DNA of 64,000 nt from Podarcis erhardii. Its lineage: Eukaryota. The first letter of the stretch is position 1, and each line of letters begins with the position of its first letter. The stretch is from the NCBI GenBank assembly GCA_964252035.1, contig OZ176201.1; one strand, 5' to 3'. Shown here piece by piece: positions 1 through 10,629 of this stretch. A program made the position numbers and the translations under genes. The notes under the pieces are model-generated. The model was given only the letters and a program-made list of their open reading frames with translations, made no database searches and was not told the origin of the DNA.

Positions 1-361
1 GTGAGTTTTGAAGCAGGTACTTCCTGGTTCACCATCATAGTTTCTTTATCAGCTTTACAGCTAAAATGAGAGATTTCAAACATAAGATCTGACAATTCCA
101 AGCCCCACACACTTGGTTTTCTCCCATACTTACATCAATGGTCTGTGAGTGTGGAAGCACAACATCAATCACCAGAACACCAGGACGGCCTTGCTCAGTC
201 CTCATGTCTCCCACTTGCAGTGAGACTGGGCTCTTTAAAATGCAGGGAACAGGCTCATGAGCCATGGTCCCCATGCTGGAAGAGAGCAGTGGACTCCATT
301 AAGCAGCACATAAATATTACAACCTCCACCTCCCTACACTGAAACCCGGGAACCTGCCCCG

Positions 362-404
362 TTTATTATTATTATTATTATTAGTAGTAGTAGTAGTAGT
401 AGTA
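362..404. repeat. Compound (TTA)n(GTA)n microsatellite
   Basis: Directly visible. Confidence 0.95.
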
Positions 405-1559
405 AATTGAATAGTAAAGCGCAGGGCAGCACACACACCAGCAACAAAGCATCCATTCAGAATTCCAATACAAATGCAGACTACTAATGACTATAACATG
501 TATATTTGAGGGATCATATTCCACCAACAAAGCAAGTTCTGCAGATCACCCTGTAGCATGATAGCTTTGTTTCACGTATCTGATACTGCCTGCTATGAAA
601 GGCCATGGTCCAATAAAACCAAGAAGGTACAATCCTATGTATGCTTACTTGGAAGTAAGCCACATCACATTCGGGGGTGAGGGGCACACTTCCAATTAAA
701 GACATATGGGATCAAGCTCCTCCAAGCTTATACATACTATTTTTTTTTTTAAATAAACCAAACATTTTAGCAATAAAAACGTAGCAATAATATAATGATG
801 GCCACACAGGCTTCCTTACTGTCAATTAAGCAGCTCGGTTTTTTACTTAGCAAAGCTGGAGCGTCCCTTAAGAAGAGAAACACGGACGCACTCACCCCAC
901 TCCCGGTTAAGCCCAAGACAAGCAACGCTAAGCCCCCTCCCCGAGAGTAACGGACCCGTCGTCACCCGCGGAGGGCGGCGGGGACGCGCCCAGGTCCAGG
1001 CCCTTCCTTTGCCCACCCAGCGCATCTCTGGGACTCGCCTGCAGCCGCTCCCTGCTCGCTCTCGCGCCTCCTCCCTCTTCCTCCTGTCAACCTCCTGCTT
1101 TAAAGCGGGTAGAGGAGCCGACAGAGAAGAGCGAAGCAGTCCCCCCCCCCCACGGCTTCCCCTCACCCGCTTAGCAAGCGCAAAGCCACTACAAACATGG
1201 CAGCGCCGCACGTCACGAACGTTGCCACTACTACGGAGAACGAGGAGGCGGAAGCCTTTGTTGCTAGGGCTCGCTTGGCGTCGCGCACGCGTGACGACAC
1301 CGCGCCCCGCCCGCCTAAAGGCGGTGCTAACGGGAAAGAGGGGCGGGGCTTTAACTTGAAGCCGCCTTCCTAGAGACGTGTCTGCTGCGGCGCCTTGGCA
1401 ATGACGCAAAGCGGTCGCATTTCTAACCTGTCCGCGTTGCTGCGGCAACGCGATAGCTAGCGTTCTGATTGGCCGACAAGCACCGCCGCTCTCGGCCGCC
1501 ATTGGATGCTTAGGATGCTTGGACACGTCCGGCGCACTGATTGGTCGACCGGTTCGGAA

Positions 1560-1634
1560 GGGAGTTTTTACGGAGATGTCGTGGTGGCTGGTTCTGTCGG
1601 CTGTAGGCGGAGTGGCACCTCCGGGCCGGGTCAG
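1560..1634 (+). other. GMPPB: Putative non-coding first exon of GMPPB (5' end approximate)
   Basis: Consensus donor CAG|GTGAGT at 1634/1635. Matching pyrimidine-rich acceptor ctttcag at 1894-1900, six nt before the ATG. Confidence 0.65.
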
Positions 1635-1906
1635 GTGAGTTACGCGGTGCTGAGTGCGGAGGGGTGACGTTGGCTACGACTACGGGCTTCTGGGTCCGGT
1701 CCTGAAGAGCACCGAGGGCTCCAGGGGCGGCGGCGGCGGCGGCCGGGCTCTGAGCTCGAGGGGCTGCCGGCAAGTCCTGCTTGGTGGACGCGGGGAGGTT
1801 GGGACACCATCGAGGGGGACCTGGCAGGCAGCGGGGCCGGTAGAGGCCTTGGGGGCGGCGTGGGGTCTGACGCTTCGCCCTTTCCTCCGCCCTCTTTCAG
1901 GCAAGG

Positions 1907-2035
1907 ATGAAGGCGCTGATCTTGGTGGGGGGCTATGGCACGCGGCTGCGGCCCCTGACCCTCAGCATCCCGAAGCCCCTGGTGGAATTTTGCAACAAGC
2001 CTATCCTGCTGCATCAGGTGGAGGCTCTGGTGAAG
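1907..2035 (+). CDS. GMPPB: GMPPB coding exon 1 (mannose-1-phosphate guanylyltransferase beta): [20 protein letters not shown]...VEALVK
   Basis: ATG at 1907. Nucleotidyltransferase GGYGTRLRP motif. 129 nt; donor AAG|gtagg. Confidence 0.97.
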
Positions 2036-2678
2036 GTAGGATTGAGCACCAACCTTCTGTGTTTGGGTGGGTGAAGGTGAGGCTGCCGTCCGCTTAGAAG
2101 AGCGGGCAGTGGGGCGGGGGAGAAGACAGATTCAGGGGCCTCTTTTTCCTGAAAAGGGCGCTGTGCCTTTTAAGAGCTGCATGGCAGACTGGAATTCAAT
2201 AGGTGAAGCTTTTGCTGCTGAGCTATTCCATGGGAAAGTCTCATGTCTGCCCGACTTAAAGGTGTTAAGGAGATACTTTATAAGTCCTCCTGCACACATC
2301 TGGGATGGCTTCTTGTGCTGTGTCCTCTGCCACGTTTCCTGTGCATTTCTAGGCATCTCCCCATCTCTGTGCTAACTGAAGATAAATAAATAGGAATGGA
2401 TGTACATTTAGGATAACTTGTGCTATAGCCGGGGAAAGTGGCTCATACAAATGGATCACAGACTAATGCCTAAGTGATGGGTGGTCTTCTTCCAGATTTA
2501 GAAGTGGAATGTGTGAATTCTAACTGCTGCCCTTTTGCTGATTTAGCTTCCTTTTGCTCAGTGAGTTGATGGGGAAAGGATCAGAAATGTTTCTCTCTGT
2601 TCAGGTCTTGCATAACCATCCCTTACATCTCCTAAAAAATTATGGTCTCTGGTCCAGTTGGGTGGATATTGCCTTCCT

Positions 2679-3809
2679 GGGATGGCCAAAATACTTTGAA
2701 ATCCTAGAGCAGGAAAGTGGTAAATTTAAACTACAGAGTTTTGAGAAAATAAAGTCCAAGGTACGAGATTGGATCCATTAGTATCAAATAATGGAGACCT
2801 TTAAACAAGACAGGAAAATTGGTTTCCAGGTGGAGAAATCGAAATTAGAAACAGAATTGTTAGAACCCAATACTAAGAATTTATCAAGAATGTATAATTT
2901 GTTGCTGAAGTGGAATACAATAGATGAGACAGTTAAATCAGCCATGATTAAATGGGCACAGGACATTGGTCATGACATTATGTTTGCTGACTGGGAACAG
3001 TTATGGACCACCGGCATTAAATTTACGGCATGTAATGCCTTAAGAGAAAATACTATGAAAATGATTTACAGGTGGTACATGACCCCAGTCAAGCTTGCGA
3101 AGATTTATCATTTGCCCAATAATAAATGTTGGAAATGTAATGAGACTGAAGGCACTTTCTTTCACCTTTGGTGGACCTGCCCAAAGATTAAAGCCTTTTG
3201 GGAAATGATTTATAATGAAATTAAGAAGGTACTTAAATGTACTTTTCATAAGAAACCAGAGGCATTTCTTTTGGGCATGGTCGGCCAACTGGTGCCAAGA
3301 AAGGACAAGACTTTTTTTATGTACGCTACCACAGCAGCAAGGATTCTTCTAGCAAAGTATTGGAAGACACAAGAATTACCTACACTGGAAGAATGGCAGA
3401 CGAAAGTGATTGACTTTATGGGATTGGCAGAAATGACTGGCAGAATCCGTGACCAAGAGAAAGAGACGGTGGAGGAAGACTGGAAGAAATTTAAAGCTTA
3501 TCTTAAGAACTGTTTTAAAATTGATGAGTGCTAAAATGTCAAGGGAAAGGAAGATGCAGAATTACAGCTGAAACTGTTTGATGAATTAAGATGAGATTGA
3601 GAATGAAAATAAGTTACAATTTAATTGGAGTAAAGGGTTGCTGAAAAGCTGTTAAATAAGGATGCAGAAAGGGTGAGGTATGGGGAAGTCCGAGAAAGAA
3701 GGCGTATGAAAATGAGGATATGAAATTATACTTGTTTGTATGTTTTTGTTTGTTGATGTATGTTTGTTATTTTGTTTTAAATTTGGAAAATCAATAAAAA
3801 AATTATTAA
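2679..3809 (+). mobile_element. 5'-truncated L1-clade LINE (ORF2 C-terminal CCHC zinc-knuckle region plus 3' UTR)
   Basis: ORF 2791-3534 has CWKC...FHLWWTC, typical of the ORF2 C-terminus. The frame continues upstream through one TAG (2779-2781). AATAAA at 3793-3798 with A-rich tail. 14 bp TSD GATATTGCCTTCCT at 2665-2678 and 3810-3823. Confidence 0.9.
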
Positions 3810-3899
3810 GATATTGCCTTCCTTGGTCTGGGCACCTGATCACCTCAGTTGTGTGCATAGTTCCAGTGTCTTGGAGTTACTATTCCTCTTATCTGACAG

Positions 3900-3980
3900 G
3901 CAGGTGTGAACCATGTGATCCTTGCTGTCAGTTATATGTCAGAACTGCTGGAAAAGGAGATGAAAGAACAAGAGCAAAGG
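3900..3980 (+). CDS. GMPPB: GMPPB coding exon 2: [27 protein letters not shown]
   Basis: 81 nt, AG/GT flanks, matches GMPPB as recalled. Confidence 0.97.
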
Positions 3981-5132
3981 GTAAGTTTTGAATTGATAGT
4001 TCTTAGGCTGCTTTCCTGAACCTGATGGTTAGGGGTCCTGTAGATGTGCAGGAGTTGATTGGAACTCTTCATTTGCTATAGCATTTTGTCTTAATGTGGC
4101 TCAATGAAAGCTAGTGGCTCAATAGCCTTACCTAGACTCATGCTGCTTTCACAGAGCATAGCCTTGTGAATCACTAACTCTAGTGATTATCTTTCAGTGT
4201 TCATGAGGTGGGTATTTGATAGTTCACTTTATTCTCGAGGAGTTTTGCAACTGCAAGGAAAGGGGTTTGCTTTGGACTTTGCTGAGTTAGATAGCCTGTA
4301 TGGGATAGGGCCTCTTTGTGAAACTCAAGTTAATTATAGTGCAGTGCATGAGCTTTAATTAGATTACAACTATACAATATATTCTAATTTTAACTGATTC
4401 CAACCAAGCCAAAATAAGCGCATGTTGTGCAAGTATATCTACAAATGCTGCTCACTTCCTACACTGTAAAAAGCAGGGTGTGACTTTTTCTTGGCACCGT
4501 GCCATACCACTTTTCGTAGCTTCCTGTAACTGAAGGTTTATGGATTCAGTTTCATTGGCAATACCAGCTACACAAGTGTTGGTTAGAAGCAAGAAAACTG
4601 CCCTTCAGTAAAGATCTAGCTAGTGGTACACTCTTAACAACAGCACTCTCTTTTTGTGATTTGATATGATTCACTGGCAGATTACTTTGGCCAGAAACCT
4701 ATTATTTTCAAATACATGGAACCTATTGTCTATAACTATTTGAAGACAAAATACCAGTAGATGCACTAGCTCAAGGATTGGTACTAATGTATTGGAAACC
4801 CCCCCCCCCCGCCCACCATACACTGTGCTGTCCTCAAATCTATTCCAGAGGGTTTCAGACCAGATTACATTGTTACATTGGGACCAGATTCAACTGATTT
4901 GCTAGTGGAAGTGCAACGGGGCTTCCCCCCTTTGCCCTGTGTGCCCCCATGCCTTCCCCAAATACGCTCTCGCAGGTGGGGAGAACCCACTGAAGAGCAC
5001 GGGGGGAGGAGATGGGAGATTTGCAAAGCGTATATGCTTGTGCTGACAAAATGATCAGGTTAGTGTAACACTGAATTCTACCCGCTGACTGCATTCTTTT
5101 TATTTTGGGGCTTCAAGGGTGCCATGTGCCTA

Positions 5133-5351
5133 TTGGCTTGAATCCTAAGACAAGACAGCTTCAGAAAGTTCATGGAATGAAGATTTCCCATTTCCTATCT
5201 ACATCCACAGCCACCTGTGCTTCTCCAATAGCTTCTCTGAAGGAATGGGGTCCCCAATTGTGGGACAAAGTGCAGGCGACTTTGGGAGGAGTAGTAATTA
5301 GGAAACCTTCCTTCTATGAACTTTCTGAAGTTACCTTAGGATTCAAGCCAA
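5133..5351. mobile_element. Palindromic MITE-like element
   Basis: Arms TTGGCTTGAATCCTAAG...CTTCAGAAAGTTCAT and ATGAACTTTCTGAAG...CTTAGGATTCAAGCCAA are inverted copies. No clear TSD. Confidence 0.6.
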
Positions 5352-5921
5352 ATTTAGGGCAGTTATCAGCCATCCTCCATGCCCCATCCCACATTTTACA
5401 AGCATGCCCCCCCCCCATTGCTCTAGGGAGGTTTTCAGGGGGAGGAGGGAACAGGAAACTTTCATTCTGTGAACTTCCTCAAGTTAACGTATCTGAAGAT
5501 CTACGCCACTGATTCTAACCTCCTCTTTGTAATTGTGAATGCAGCAACCCCTCTGGCCCTTAGTGTACCTAACTTAGCTGAAATTCTGTTGAACTTGATG
5601 GACTTGCTATCAAATGTGGCTGGTGTGTTACATGACTTTCTAAGGGGGAAAGTAAAGTTTAGTTATTTCATCTTAATTTATGCTGTTCATCTGTCACTTC
5701 ATTAGAACAAGTACCCCCACAAAGCCAGGGAGCCTGCAATCTGTAGGTCACCATAAATTCATCATTGAATAATATTGATATTGTTGTCTAGTTCTATTTG
5801 AGAGGATTTATGAAAATCTGATGACTAAGGGAAGGGTATATAACCAGGTCACTGGCACACATATTCCATTGGTGGTGCGCATCTTCTAATTCTGTTTTCC
5901 AAATTCTACTTTGTTTCCTAG

Positions 5922-5970
5922 CTGGGCATTCACATTTCCTTGTCGCATGAGAAGGAACCACTGGGCACAG
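5922..5970 (+). CDS. GMPPB: GMPPB coding exon 3: LGIHISLSHEKEPLGT
   Basis: 49 nt, EPLGT motif, AG/GT flanks, phase consistent. Confidence 0.96.
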
Positions 5971-6205
5971 GTAACTGAAGCAGCCACTTTCTTGTGGAGA
6001 AGTGAGGTTATAGGGGCAGTAAATGTGGGATCAGAATCAAAACTTGTGGCAACCTGGAGTGTCCTGGCTATATGAAGGTGAAGGATTGGGTACTACTTAT
6101 TCTGATCAGGAGCTATATAGGATGGGGTTGAGCGGTGCATGCTGGCTGTTGTTTCTGAAGGGCACATGAATAGGTGAATATTGAGGGTTCTGGTTTCCTC
6201 CACAG

Positions 6206-6348
6206 CTGGACCCCTGGCACTAGCGCGGGAGCTGTTGACTGAGAATGCAGAGCCTTTTTTTGTGCTCAACAGTGATGTGATCTGCGATTTCCCCTTCAAA
6301 GACATGGTGCACTTCCACAGGCATCATGGAAAAGAGGGCACCATTGTG
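6206..6348 (+). CDS. GMPPB: GMPPB coding exon 4: [11 protein letters not shown]...[14 protein letters not shown]...GTIV
   Basis: 143 nt, LNSDV motif, donor GTG|gtaagt. Confidence 0.97.
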
Positions 6349-6676
6349 GTAAGTATCTGAGGGGCACCCACTCCATTGCTCCATTGCCGGAGTGGCCCTC
6401 CAGAGGTTGCTGGATTCCAGCTCCCATCAGCATGAGCCAATAGTCAGGGATAATGATAACTGTAGTCTGCCAACATCTTTGGAAAGCCAAAGGGTGTACC
6501 CCTTTCTCTTTTGCTTGGAATTGCTCATGGATCCTTGGACAACTTAGTTTCTGTTGGTTGCAGAGCTGCCAGAAAGTTAAGTTTAGCAAGCCAGCTGGAG
6601 ACATAGGCGGAAAGAGCTCCATCACTTCCACAGACCCTTAATACTTGGCAAAAACTGTAGTTGCAGGAACAAAGGA

Positions 6677-6737
6677 GAATCATAGGATTGTAGAGTTGGA
6701 AAGGATTCCAAGGGACATCTAATCCAACCCTCTGCAA
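6677..6737 (-). mobile_element. CR1-type 3' tail fragment
   Basis: Reverse complement ends ...CCAACTCTACAATCCTATGATTC, the same tail as the CR1 at 43.2-43.6 kb. Confidence 0.65.
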
Positions 6738-7033
6738 CCCACTTAAAAAAAAAAAAAATCAAGCCCCTCCTGTGGGTGTTATAAATGCCTCCCCTTGTTT
6801 ACATGCACAGGAGCATGCTTATTAGTTCATAAAGAATTAGGGTGTGTGTTCTTATTTTAGAGATGAAGAAGTGGTCGGAGTAAAGGTCTTCTGTGTCCTA
6901 TCCTTTCTTTTGCTCATGGGGTTCTTTTAAAAATAAGAGATTGGGATAGTAAACTAGGCATGGCAGTTCAATAGAGCTCTTTCTGTGCCCTCCGAGTACC
7001 AGGGCTGGGTGTGATGCCAACTTTGCCTTGCAG

Positions 7034-7192
7034 GTGACCAAAGTGGAGGAGCCCTCCAAATACGGCGTCGTGGTGTGCGAGTCAGATACAGGGCGCATAC
7101 ACCGCTTTGTGGAGAAACCCCAAGTTTTTGTTTCCAACAAGATCAACGCTGGAATGTACATCTTAAACCCAAGTGTGCTACAGCGGATTGAG
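7034..7192 (+). CDS. GMPPB: GMPPB coding exon 5: [13 protein letters not shown]...FVEKP...INAGMY...QRIE
   Basis: 159 nt, FVEKP and INAG motifs, AG/GT flanks. Confidence 0.97.
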
Positions 7193-7385
7193 GTATGAGG
7201 CCGGAAGGGTGGAACGGGGGTCTTGCACAGGGCAGACTGGCTGGGGTGTTTGGGGTTGTGGTTTTAGTTGGGCATCTCATCCTTTCATGCCGGTGAGATT
7301 AAGGATGATGATGTCCGTGGGAACAGTACATCTCTAGTCTTTACAACATAAATGGCCAACTGGTAGTTCTCTTGCCTTCCCTTAG

Positions 7386-7464
7386 CTGCGGCCTACCTCG
7401 ATTGAGAAGGAGATATTCCCAGTGATGGCAGAACAAGGACAACTCTATGCCATGGAACTGCAGG
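7386..7464 (+). CDS. GMPPB: GMPPB coding exon 6: [26 protein letters not shown]
   Basis: 79 nt, AG/GT flanks, phase consistent. Confidence 0.97.
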
Positions 7465-7675
7465 GTAAGGGCACATGGAAGGATTTGGAATGGTACTTTG
7501 ATCCTAAGGGGCTCTCACAGATGTAGGCAGTGATTTGAGGAGAGGGCATATTAGACAATTAGATGTTAAGTCAGTGAGGACCTGGAACTGGAGTTGAGAA
7601 GTAAAAATAAGATCAAGATGTGGAAGATACCACATAACATGGAAGGGCCCTCTAGGGCAATGTTTGAATGAAATA

Positions 7676-7884
7676 CAGTGGTACCTCAGGTTACATACGC
7701 TTCAGGTTACAGACTCCACTAACCCAGAAATAGTGCTTCAGGTTAAGAACTTTGCTTCAGGATGAGAACAGAAATTGTGCTCCGGCGGCGCGGCAGCAGC
7801 AGGAGGCCCCATTAGCTAAAGTGGTGCTTCAGGTTAAGAACGGACCTCCGGAATGAATTAAGTACTTAACCCGAGATACCACTG
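7676..7884. mobile_element. Tc1/mariner-type MITE
   Basis: TIRs CAGTGGTACCTCAGGTTA and (revcomp) CAGTGGTATCTCGGGTTA. TA duplicated at 7674-7675 and 7885-7886. A second, inverted copy lies at 46.7 kb. Confidence 0.85.
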
Positions 7885-7999
7885 TAATGTAATGCGGTTT
7901 CACTGCACATTTTGCTATATGCTGCCTTCGGGGAGGAAGGCTGGTATAAGGTTCATCAATGGAGACAGGTGTCTTATTAACGCAGGTTTGTCACCACAG

Positions 8000-8127
8000 G
8001 GTTCTGGATGGACATTGGGCAGCCCAAAGACTTTCTGACTGGCATGTGCATGTATCTGCAATATCTACGGCTGAAACATCCCGAGAGGCTGCACTCAGGA
8101 CCAGGTTTCATGGGGAATGTATTAGTG
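8000..8127 (+). CDS. GMPPB: GMPPB coding exon 7: [15 protein letters not shown]...GNVLV
   Basis: 128 nt, [10 protein letters not shown] motif. Confidence 0.97.
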
Positions 8128-8384
8128 GTAATTCTATTCTTGTATTTCTTTAGAGCGAGGGTGGGCAGCACTTCATTAAAGGCTGATCTAAAACTGGTAG
8201 TATATTGAGCAAGGCAACAGCAGCTCTTGATATTACATCTACCATCTTGTGGACTAGAGCTGTGAGAGAATGTTGTTCTCTCCCATCTAGTTTCCTCTGA
8301 GGAGGAGGAAGCTACTTCTCAGACCAGAGCTGTGGAAGCTGCTCAAGAAAAACCATTTTACTTTCATCCCCCCTCCAACTTCAG

Positions 8385-8567
8385 GACCCAACTGCCAAGA
8401 TTGGATTGAACTGCAGTATTGGTCCCAATGTCACCATTGGGGCAGGAGTGGTGATAGAGGACGGGGTTCGGATCAAACGTTGCACTGTGCTGAAGGGGTC
8501 GCGGATCCGGTCTCATTCGTGGCTGGAGTCCTGCATTGTTGGCTGGAGCTCCTCTGTAGGCCAGTGG
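8385..8567 (+). CDS. GMPPB: GMPPB coding exon 8: [19 protein letters not shown]...VGQW (left-handed beta-helix)
   Basis: 183 nt, hexapeptide repeats, donor TGG|gtgagt. Confidence 0.97.
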
Positions 8568-9515
8568 GTGAGTTATGTGACAGAGCAATCCTCATCAGTC
8601 AGATATACACTGGGGAAAGTGAAGCTGCAGCCCAGCTGCTGTAGGTTGAGGGAATGTAAACATTTTCTGCTCTTCTGTGGGGGAAATGTTACCTCTTTGG
8701 GCAGGACCAGTAAATGGAGAGCTGGAATGCAGGATAATTTTGTTTATTCCTTTTGGTGGCCCCAATGTGCCTGTTTGCTGGCCTTAACATGCCCCCTTTT
8801 TGCCTTGCACACTGGGATAGCTTGTGCCAGGAGAGCTTTACTTCAGTCAGGTGAAGTCGCCAGCTTAAGGCCACCTGAGCCACAAGGGTGGGGAGATCAG
8901 GTCATATCTTAACTCTCCCAGCCAGTGTGTCTGGGACTTAAGAATTGCACTGTTGGTCAGAGCTGCATCTCAGCAAGACTAACTAGTTCTTTTACTGATG
9001 AGTGACCTGGAGTGCACAGTCCACACAAATGCTACTGTGTAGTTTCTTCACATGCCTGCATGTTTGTTCTCTCACTCATGATGGACTTGTAGCTTTGCAG
9101 TGGTTGTGTGTTCATACTCAATACCCTTATTATTATGACAGCTTCACTCATAACAGGGAAACTGGCCCTATAAAGTCCCAATTTAATATCTTTCAGTGCT
9201 GCTTTGTGCCGGGTATCAAGCTGTCCTTTCCCTATGAGTTGAATTGGTACTAGATTTAGTGGCAATTTGAGTAAGGTTTAGGGAAACTCTACAGGTATAA
9301 TTATCATGGCACCTCATTCTGGCTGCTCCTGCTTTTAATTAGCAGCCCAGAGCCAGAAAAGGAAGGGCAGAATCTGTTAGAAACTGACTCCTGAGTAGCC
9401 ATAGGATTGTACCATGCAGGCAAGTAACTGCCTTAGCCTAAGTCTATCTTGTAACATACTACTTCCCCTCAGCTCAGCATAGAGTTGTCTAACTGTATGT
9501 CACGCCCTTCCTCAG

Positions 9516-9647
9516 GTACGGATGGAGAATGTGTCAGTGCTGGGAGAGGATGTCATTGTGAACGATGAACTCTACCTCAATGGTGCCAACGTGCTGCCTC
9601 ACAAATCCATTGCGGAGTCTGTACCAGAGCCACGCATCATCATGTAG
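9516..9647 (+). CDS. GMPPB: GMPPB coding exon 9: [13 protein letters not shown]...PEPRIIM*
   Basis: 132 nt ending TAG. The nine exons sum to 1083 nt = 360 aa plus stop. Confidence 0.97.
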   Translation, partial: VRMENVSVLGEDVIVNDELYLNGANVLPHKSIAESVPEPRIIM

Positions 9648-10050
9648 CAGTCCTGGGCCTTGAGTATTGGACCTGCTGAGAGGGCCCTCCCTGTCTTACC
9701 CTCTTACAAGGGGAATCCCCACCCTGTGCCTTGGGAGCGGGGGCTCCTTGTTGACTTTTATGCTGAGAAAATACTAACCGTCTGCTGGAATCCTAGGAGT
9801 GTAGTGGGATAAGGAGGTTTGTAAGCTGGCTGGAGTGCTCCTCAGAATCACTGCTTAGCATAAGGCACAATGACCTGGGCCAGCTCCAGGGGTTGTCCAG
9901 TGCCACAGGCCATTGAGCTACTACTGGAAAGCAACCCTAATGTGCAAAGAGGAAAATGCTTGCTTGTGTGGTTCTGCAGTAGGAGTTCAGCTGCTGCAAG
10001 AGAACAGTCCCAGGCAGGCCCGGTGAGGAGAAAGAACAGCATGCTGTGCT

Positions 10051-10056
10051 TTTATT
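10051..10056 (-). terminator. Candidate RNF123 poly(A) signal (AATAAA on -)
   Basis: First canonical hexamer I found on - after the RNF123 stop; followed by a U-rich tract. An ATTAAA variant also lies at 10460-10465. Confidence 0.45.
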
Positions 10057-10623
10057 TCAGGATAACATGTGCAGCTCATGTTGCACAAAGGGAAGACAGA
10101 ATACAATCCTCTTCTTTGGAACTCTACTGCCTTACAGAGACTGATCCCTCTCTCTTCCCTCAATATGGCCAATAATCACTAACTATTACTATTCAAGAAC
10201 TCTGGACAGGGCTTTGTCAATTAATGGGGACAGGGAATGAAATTATATTGTCATGAAGAATGGGAGCTGTGGTGTGTCATATGTTTTCTTTAACTCCTCT
10301 TGGGGAACAACAATGGCAGTTTTGTATGGCAGCTGACTTTTACCGCTGGCTTCCTTGCAGCCAATCCCATCTTGCACTGCTGCTGTGCCAATCTTTAGGA
10401 CAGTGCTCCATAAAACGGAGAGAAGAATACACATAGCTCACCGCCTTAAGGAATAATAATTTAATAATATTCCATTGTATGGAAGTTAACACCCCTTCCA
10501 CTTTGGAGGGTGGTGGGAGAGAGAGACAATCATAGATGCACATAAGTTAAAATTCCTTGCTTCAAGCACAATGCTTGCTGCCCTCCCCGACACTTCTGGT
10601 TACAAGTCACACACAGTTAGTAA

Positions 10624-10629
10624 ATTAAA
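10624..10629 (+). terminator. Candidate GMPPB poly(A) signal (ATTAAA, overlapping AGTAAA)
   Basis: First strong hexamer on + after the GMPPB stop. No AATAAA seen on + between 9648 and about 12400. Confidence 0.4.

Larger units (their letters stand above)
880..2110. promoter_or_regulatory. CpG-island promoter of GMPPB (possibly bidirectional)
   Basis: Dense CpG. GC boxes at about 1301-1314 and 1340-1349, three reverse CCAAT boxes (ATTGG at 1468, 1501, 1540), ETS-like CGGAAG at 1555-1560, YY1-like AACATGGCAGC at about 1194-1204. Lies directly upstream of the GMPPB start. Confidence 0.85.

Noticed and set aside
843-2097. Long ORFs over the GMPPB promoter (227, 147, 124, 116 aa)
   Set aside because: Arg/Pro/Gly/Ala-rich products of stop-poor GC DNA. 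The real GMPPB frame from 1907 is separate.
2791-3534. Standalone host gene
   Set aside because: It is the C-terminus of an L1 ORF2 inside a TSD-flanked insertion.
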